A stretch of DNA of 64,000 nucleotides from Planctomycetota bacterium (GTDB lineage Bacteria; Planctomycetota; UBA1135; UBA2386). This document shows positions 60,085-64,000 of this stretch, piece by piece. Each line of letters begins with the position of its first letter. Positions within the stretch are counted from its first letter, which is position 1. Position numbers and translations under genes: made by a program. Below the pieces are notes generated by a model. The model worked only from the letters and a program-made list of their open reading frames with translations, was not told where the DNA came from and searched no databases. The stretch is taken from positions 4,768,001 through 4,832,000 of the forward strand of contig OZ245006.1 of assembly GCA_965223545.1 (NCBI GenBank), written 5' to 3'.

Positions 60085-61693
60085 GAAACTAGCCGCTGAG
60101 GAAGGGGGAGGGGAACGTGTGAGGGGCCCGGCAGCTACGCCCCCAATAGCCACTGGAGCACGTTTGCCCCAGAGCCAGTCTGGGTCCGAGTTGGCCATCC
60201 TTCACTGGTGAGGGGCACGTCGCCGTGCCCACTCCCGCAGGTCAGATTCGTTTGATCGCCGCCTCGGGCCGGGCCCACCACAACAATGAGGATGAAGTAT
60301 GGCTGGGAAGAGCAGAACGAGGAAGGGCAAGAAGCCCGCAGCGGAAGTATTGCCAGTCGTGAAGCCCAACGCCGCCGGAATCGACATCGGCAGCCGCGAG
60401 CACTGGGTGTGCGCAGCAGCACCCGACGGCAGTCGTCCGATCAAGCGATTCGGAACGACGACGCCCCAGCTAGAGGCGCTCGCGGACTGGCTGGAGGAGC
60501 TCGGAGTGCGATCCGTCGCGATGGAGAGCACCTATGTCTACTGGATTCCCGTCTACGAGCTACTCGAGTCGAGAGGCTTCGAGGTCATCCTCGCGAATGC
60601 CCGCGAGGTGAAGAACGTGCCGGGCCGCTCCAAGTCCGATGCCAGCGATTGCAGTTGGCTGCAGAAGCTACACACCTATGGCCTCATTCGCGCTTCGTTC
60701 CGGCCTCCGAAGGACATCTGTGCGTTGCGGACCCTGCAACGCCATGCCGCGTCTTTGATCGCGCAGCGCACGCGCCACACGCAGTTGATGCAGCGGTCAC
60801 TGGATCAGATGAACGTGGCGATCCATCGCGCGGTAACGGACATCACCGGCAAGACCGGCCTCGCGATCATCCGCGCGATTCTCGCTGGTGAACGCGACCC
60901 TCGAGCGCTCGCCAGACTGCGTGATCCGCGCTGCAAGATCTCCGAGAAGGAGCTCGCGGATCACTTGCAAGGGACCTGGATCGAGGAGCACATCTTCACT
61001 CTCGCTTCGGGCTTGCGGATGCTCGAGCACACCGACCACGAGATCGAGTCGGTCGAGAAGCGATTGATGGCGATGATCGAGGACCTGCAACCGGAGGAAG
61101 CCAAGACGGCCGACGTCCCCGAGCATCCAGACCCCCGCAAGGAGAGGAGCATCCGAACGAAGGGCGGCCGGGAGCTTCGCGATGCCCTCTGCCGGCTCGT
61201 CGGGTGTGATCTCACGCGAATCGACGGTATCAGCCCGAGCACGGCCATGATCGTGCTCACCGAGGTCGGCTACGACCTCGAAGCTTTCCCGACCGAGAAG
61301 CACTTCGTCTCCTGGCTACGCCTGTGCCCACGTCAAGCCGTCTCGGGTGGAAAGCGCATCAAGAAGCACCGCAACAACATCGCGGTCAGCAGGATCGCCA
61401 CGGTCCTCCGGATGGCCGCCCTGTCCCTCCAACGTACTCAGACAGCTCTCGGCGCACACTTCCGCAAGATCGCCCGCGCGAAGGACGGCAACGTCGCCAT
61501 CTTTGCCATCGCCCGCAAACTGGCCCTGCTCATCTACCGCATGCTGAAGTTCGGCCAGGACTACGTAGACGAAGGCGCCAAGGCCTACGAGGAGCGCTTC
61601 ACCCAGCGACGCATCGTCGGACTCCGACAGAACGCTAAATCCCTCGGGTACAAGCTCATACCGATCGCCGAGGCTGGGTGAGTTTCAGGTCAG
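60085..61693 (+). mobile_element. IS110-family insertion sequence, copy 2
   Basis: Same as copy 1; ends GAGTTTCAGGTCAG. Confidence 0.85.
60299..61681 (+). CDS. IS110-family DEDD transposase/recombinase (second copy)
   Basis: Translation identical to 58481..59863. Confidence 0.96.
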   Translation: MAGKSRTRKGKKPAAEVLPVVKPNAAGIDIGSREHWVCAAAPDGSRPIKRFGTTTPQLEALADWLEELGVRSVAMESTYVYWIPVYELLESRGFEVILANAREVKNVPGRSKSDASDCSWLQKLHTYGLIRASFRPPKDICALRTLQRHAASLIAQRTRHTQLMQRSLDQMNVAIHRAVTDITGKTGLAIIRAILAGERDPRALARLRDPRCKISEKELADHLQGTWIEEHIFTLASGLRMLEHTDHEIESVEKRLMAMIEDLQPEEAKTADVPEHPDPRKERSIRTKGGRELRDALCRLVGCDLTRIDGISPSTAMIVLTEVGYDLEAFPTEKHFVSWLRLCPRQAVSGGKRIKKHRNNIAVSRIATVLRMAALSLQRTQTALGAHFRKIARAKDGNVAIFAIARKLALLIYRMLKFGQDYVDEGAKAYEERFTQRRIVGLRQNAKSLGYKLIPIAEAG

Positions 61694-61712
61694 GCTCCGT
61701 TTCATCACCTTG

Positions 61713-62930
61713 CTAGCCGCCGGATCCAAGCAGTTCGGTCAGCGCCGCCGCCAACTCCTCGTACTGGGAGAGGTCGTTGTACAGCTGCGCCGAAATGCGC
61801 AACGCCAGCCGCGGTGGCGCGGGCCACGGAAACACCGGCACCTGGATGCCGAAGTGCTTGGTCAGCGCGTGCCCCAGGGGCTCGACGTGCTGCCAGCTCC
61901 GCGGCCTGCTCGCGGTCGCGCCCGGCAACGGCAGGGTCGCCAGCGAGCCGATCAGCGCCTCTGGCGCCGGCGGCTCGATCTCGAGCGCGGCACAGAGGTG
62001 CGCGCGCGCCGCGAGCGCCAGCGCGCGGTTCTGAGCCCGCACCGCTGGCCAACCGCCGGGCAACAGACCGCCGATGCAGTCGATCGCATCGGGGACCGTC
62101 AGATACGCAGTGGGGTCGTGCGTGCCGGTCCAGTCGAACTCGGCGAGGAAGCGCGACCGGTCCGTCCGCTTGCCGCTGGCGCCGTGGCTGATCACGGTCG
62201 GTCGGACCTGCGCCTGCAGGTCACGCCGCACCCAGAGAAAGCCCGCCCCCTTGGGCGCGCAGATCCACTTGTGGCAGTTGCCGGTGTAGTAGGCGGCTCC
62301 CAGCGCGCGAAGGTCGAGCGCCAGCATGCCCGGGGCGTGCGCCCCGTCGACGAGTGTCTCGACGCCGCGCTCGCGCAACTCGCCGATCAGGATCTCCAGC
62401 GGCAAGACCAGCGCCGTCGGACTGGTGACGTGGTCGAGCAGCGCGAGTCGCGTCCGCTCGTTTGTCGCGGCGAGCACGACGTCGACGATCTCACCTGGGT
62501 CGCGGACTGGAAACGGCAGATCGACCACCGTGATCGTGGCGTCGTGCCGCGCCGCCACCTGGTCGAGCGCGTTGCGACACGCGTTGTAGGCATGGTTGGT
62601 GACCAGCAGGTCGTCGCCGGTCGACAACGGCATCGACTGCAGCACCGCGTTGACGCCCGTCGTGGCGTTGGCGACGAACGCGATGTCTTCGGCGTCGGCG
62701 CCGACGAAGTCGGCCAGCTTCCCGCGTGCTCGATCCAGCGCGGGCTCGAGCGTGTGCAGCATGAAGTGGACCGGCTCGCGCTCGAGCTCGTCACGCCAGC
62801 GCTGCTGCGCGTCGAGCACCTCGCGCGGACACGCACCGAACGAGCCGTGATTGAGGAACGTCACCTCGGGATCGAGGCTCCACAGGCGGCGCAGCCGCGC
62901 CGTCGTCGCGGGATCGAGCAGTGATGTCAC
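61713..62930 (-). CDS. Class V PLP-dependent aminotransferase (isopenicillin N epimerase / C-S lyase-like)
   Basis: FLNHGSFG, NATTG, DHVTSPTA, VDGAHAPG, GNCHKW. Confidence 0.92.
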   Translation of the reverse strand: MTSLLDPATTARLRRLWSLDPEVTFLNHGSFGACPREVLDAQQRWRDELEREPVHFMLHTLEPALDRARGKLADFVGADAEDIAFVANATTGVNAVLQSMPLSTGDDLLVTNHAYNACRNALDQVAARHDATITVVDLPFPVRDPGEIVDVVLAATNERTRLALLDHVTSPTALVLPLEILIGELRERGVETLVDGAHAPGMLALDLRALGAAYYTGNCHKWICAPKGAGFLWVRRDLQAQVRPTVISHGASGKRTDRSRFLAEFDWTGTHDPTAYLTVPDAIDCIGGLLPGGWPAVRAQNRALALAARAHLCAALEIEPPAPEALIGSLATLPLPGATASRPRSWQHVEPLGHALTKHFGIQVPVFPWPAPPRLALRISAQLYNDLSQYEELAAALTELLGSGG

Positions 62931-63013
62931 CGCCGCATGTTAGCCACGCGCGGCGGGCGTCCACTGCTGCGTTGTCGTCGCACCGCGGAGGCCGAAACAG
63001 CGATTGCGAAGCG

Positions 63014-64000
63014 TCAGAAGCTGACGACTTCGAGGACCGGGCTCGAGAGCTGGAGCGACAGCCGTCGCTCGACAAATTGACTCGCCACCGGTAGCCCGGC
63101 CAGAGCAGGGTTGTTGGGCACTGGGATCGAGGCCAACAAGCCGCTGACGACGACCGGCACCGGCCGCACGGACGGATCGAGAAAGAGCACGCCGAAACCC
63201 GGCACCGTGGTCGGATTGGCTGCGGCGAGCCCCACCAGCAGCGTTGCGTAGGAGCGGTTGACCGCGAACGTCCAGGTCTGACCGAGACGCGGCGGCGTGA
63301 TGGTGCGCATGTCGACCGGCACCTGGATCAGGGTGCCGACGACCGGAGGCCCGTCGGGCTGCGAGCCCATGATCTGGCCGAGCTCGTAATGGGTCCCGCC
63401 TCGGCCGCCCTGGATGGTGCCGCCGACTTGGTACACCGGCGACGCTTGGATGCCGGGGCCGCCGTGGCCGCGCAGGTTCGGGCAGGGGCAGAGGGGCCAC
63501 CAGCCGACGACCTGCGAGAAGAAGTCGCTGCCCGCGCCACCGAGGACAACGGAATCGACCGCGGTCACCGCCGCCTGCGTCACGATGCCCGGTGGCCCGT
63601 CCACGGGGGCCACCTGCGAGTCGTAGAGGAGTGATGGGGAGCCCTGCACGAAGCACCGCGTCAAGTGCACGGCGGTTGAGTCGAGAGCGATCGCCGGCTC
63701 CCCGAAAGCGGTGCCGTTGATCGTGCCGAAATCGGGGGCGCGCACCACGCAGTCGACCAGGCGGACCGTTGTGAATCCATCACCGCCGATGCCGTGGCCG
63801 GCGAAGTTGGTCAGGCCACCCACGATGCCGCTGATCGAGCATCCGGACAGGGTGAGGGTGTCGCTGCCGGAGCCGTCGAGGTCGATCCCGTTGGCGCCCC
63901 GCGAGCTGCCCGGAGTCGTGGTCTGCAGTGCCGTATGCGGCACGAAGATCGAGAAGCGGGGAGCGCCCAGGATCGTCACCGAGCGGCGCACGGTCACGTT
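63014..64000 (-). CDS. Probably exported protein with Gly-rich, beta-helix-like region and shared C-terminal domain (5' end outside window)
   Basis: Frame is open to the window edge; C-terminal PPRLG...IPVPNNPALAG...Q motif. Confidence 0.7.
   Translation of the reverse strand, partial: NVTVRRSVTILGAPRFSIFVPHTALQTTTPGSSRGANGIDLDGSGSDTLTLSGCSISGIVGGLTNFAGHGIGGDGFTTVRLVDCVVRAPDFGTINGTAFGEPAIALDSTAVHLTRCFVQGSPSLLYDSQVAPVDGPPGIVTQAAVTAVDSVVLGGAGSDFFSQVVGWWPLCPCPNLRGHGGPGIQASPVYQVGGTIQGGRGGTHYELGQIMGSQPDGPPVVGTLIQVPVDMRTITPPRLGQTWTFAVNRSYATLLVGLAAANPTTVPGFGVLFLDPSVRPVPVVVSGLLASIPVPNNPALAGLPVASQFVERRLSLQLSSPVLEVVSF

Larger units (their letters stand above)
58056..61693. repeat. Tandem duplication, period 1818 bp (58056-59875 and 59874-61693)
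   Basis: The ORF track repeats with identical translations at offset 1818; no differences seen by eye; junction shares AG. Confidence 0.95.

Noticed and set aside
57304..62930. MBL hydrolase plus isopenicillin-N-epimerase-like gene as a beta-lactam resistance or biosynthesis locus
   Set aside because: Both families are broad and widespread; no ACV synthetase or IPNS is nearby, and the sequence alone does not support beta-lactam specificity.

Overview
A high-GC, gene-dense bacterial window with about 40 genes. The gene content suggests an uncultured Planctomycetota lineage (inference). From left to right it contains: a multiheme cytochrome coupled to a ferredoxin/flavoprotein/membrane fusion; several secreted beta-propeller proteins that share a C-terminal domain; an RbfA-like paralog with a possible uORF attenuator; a ~2080-aa exported protein; an ECF sigma factor followed by an orphan single-module type I PKS; a pair of paralogous membrane genes behind a perfect palindromic operator; an S41 protease interrupted by a 201-bp MITE-like insert; an ~18.4-kb MoxR/VWA/DUF58 plus ABC operon; an S8 protease; an MBL hydrolase; and a class V aminotransferase. 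The strongest signal is a tandem duplication (1818-bp period) of an IS110-family element together with ~209 bp of host DNA. Its junction falls at the IS right end, the reconstructed empty target is a hairpin, and the upstream non-coding region is a candidate bridge RNA. No rRNA, tRNA or CRISPR array was recognised.
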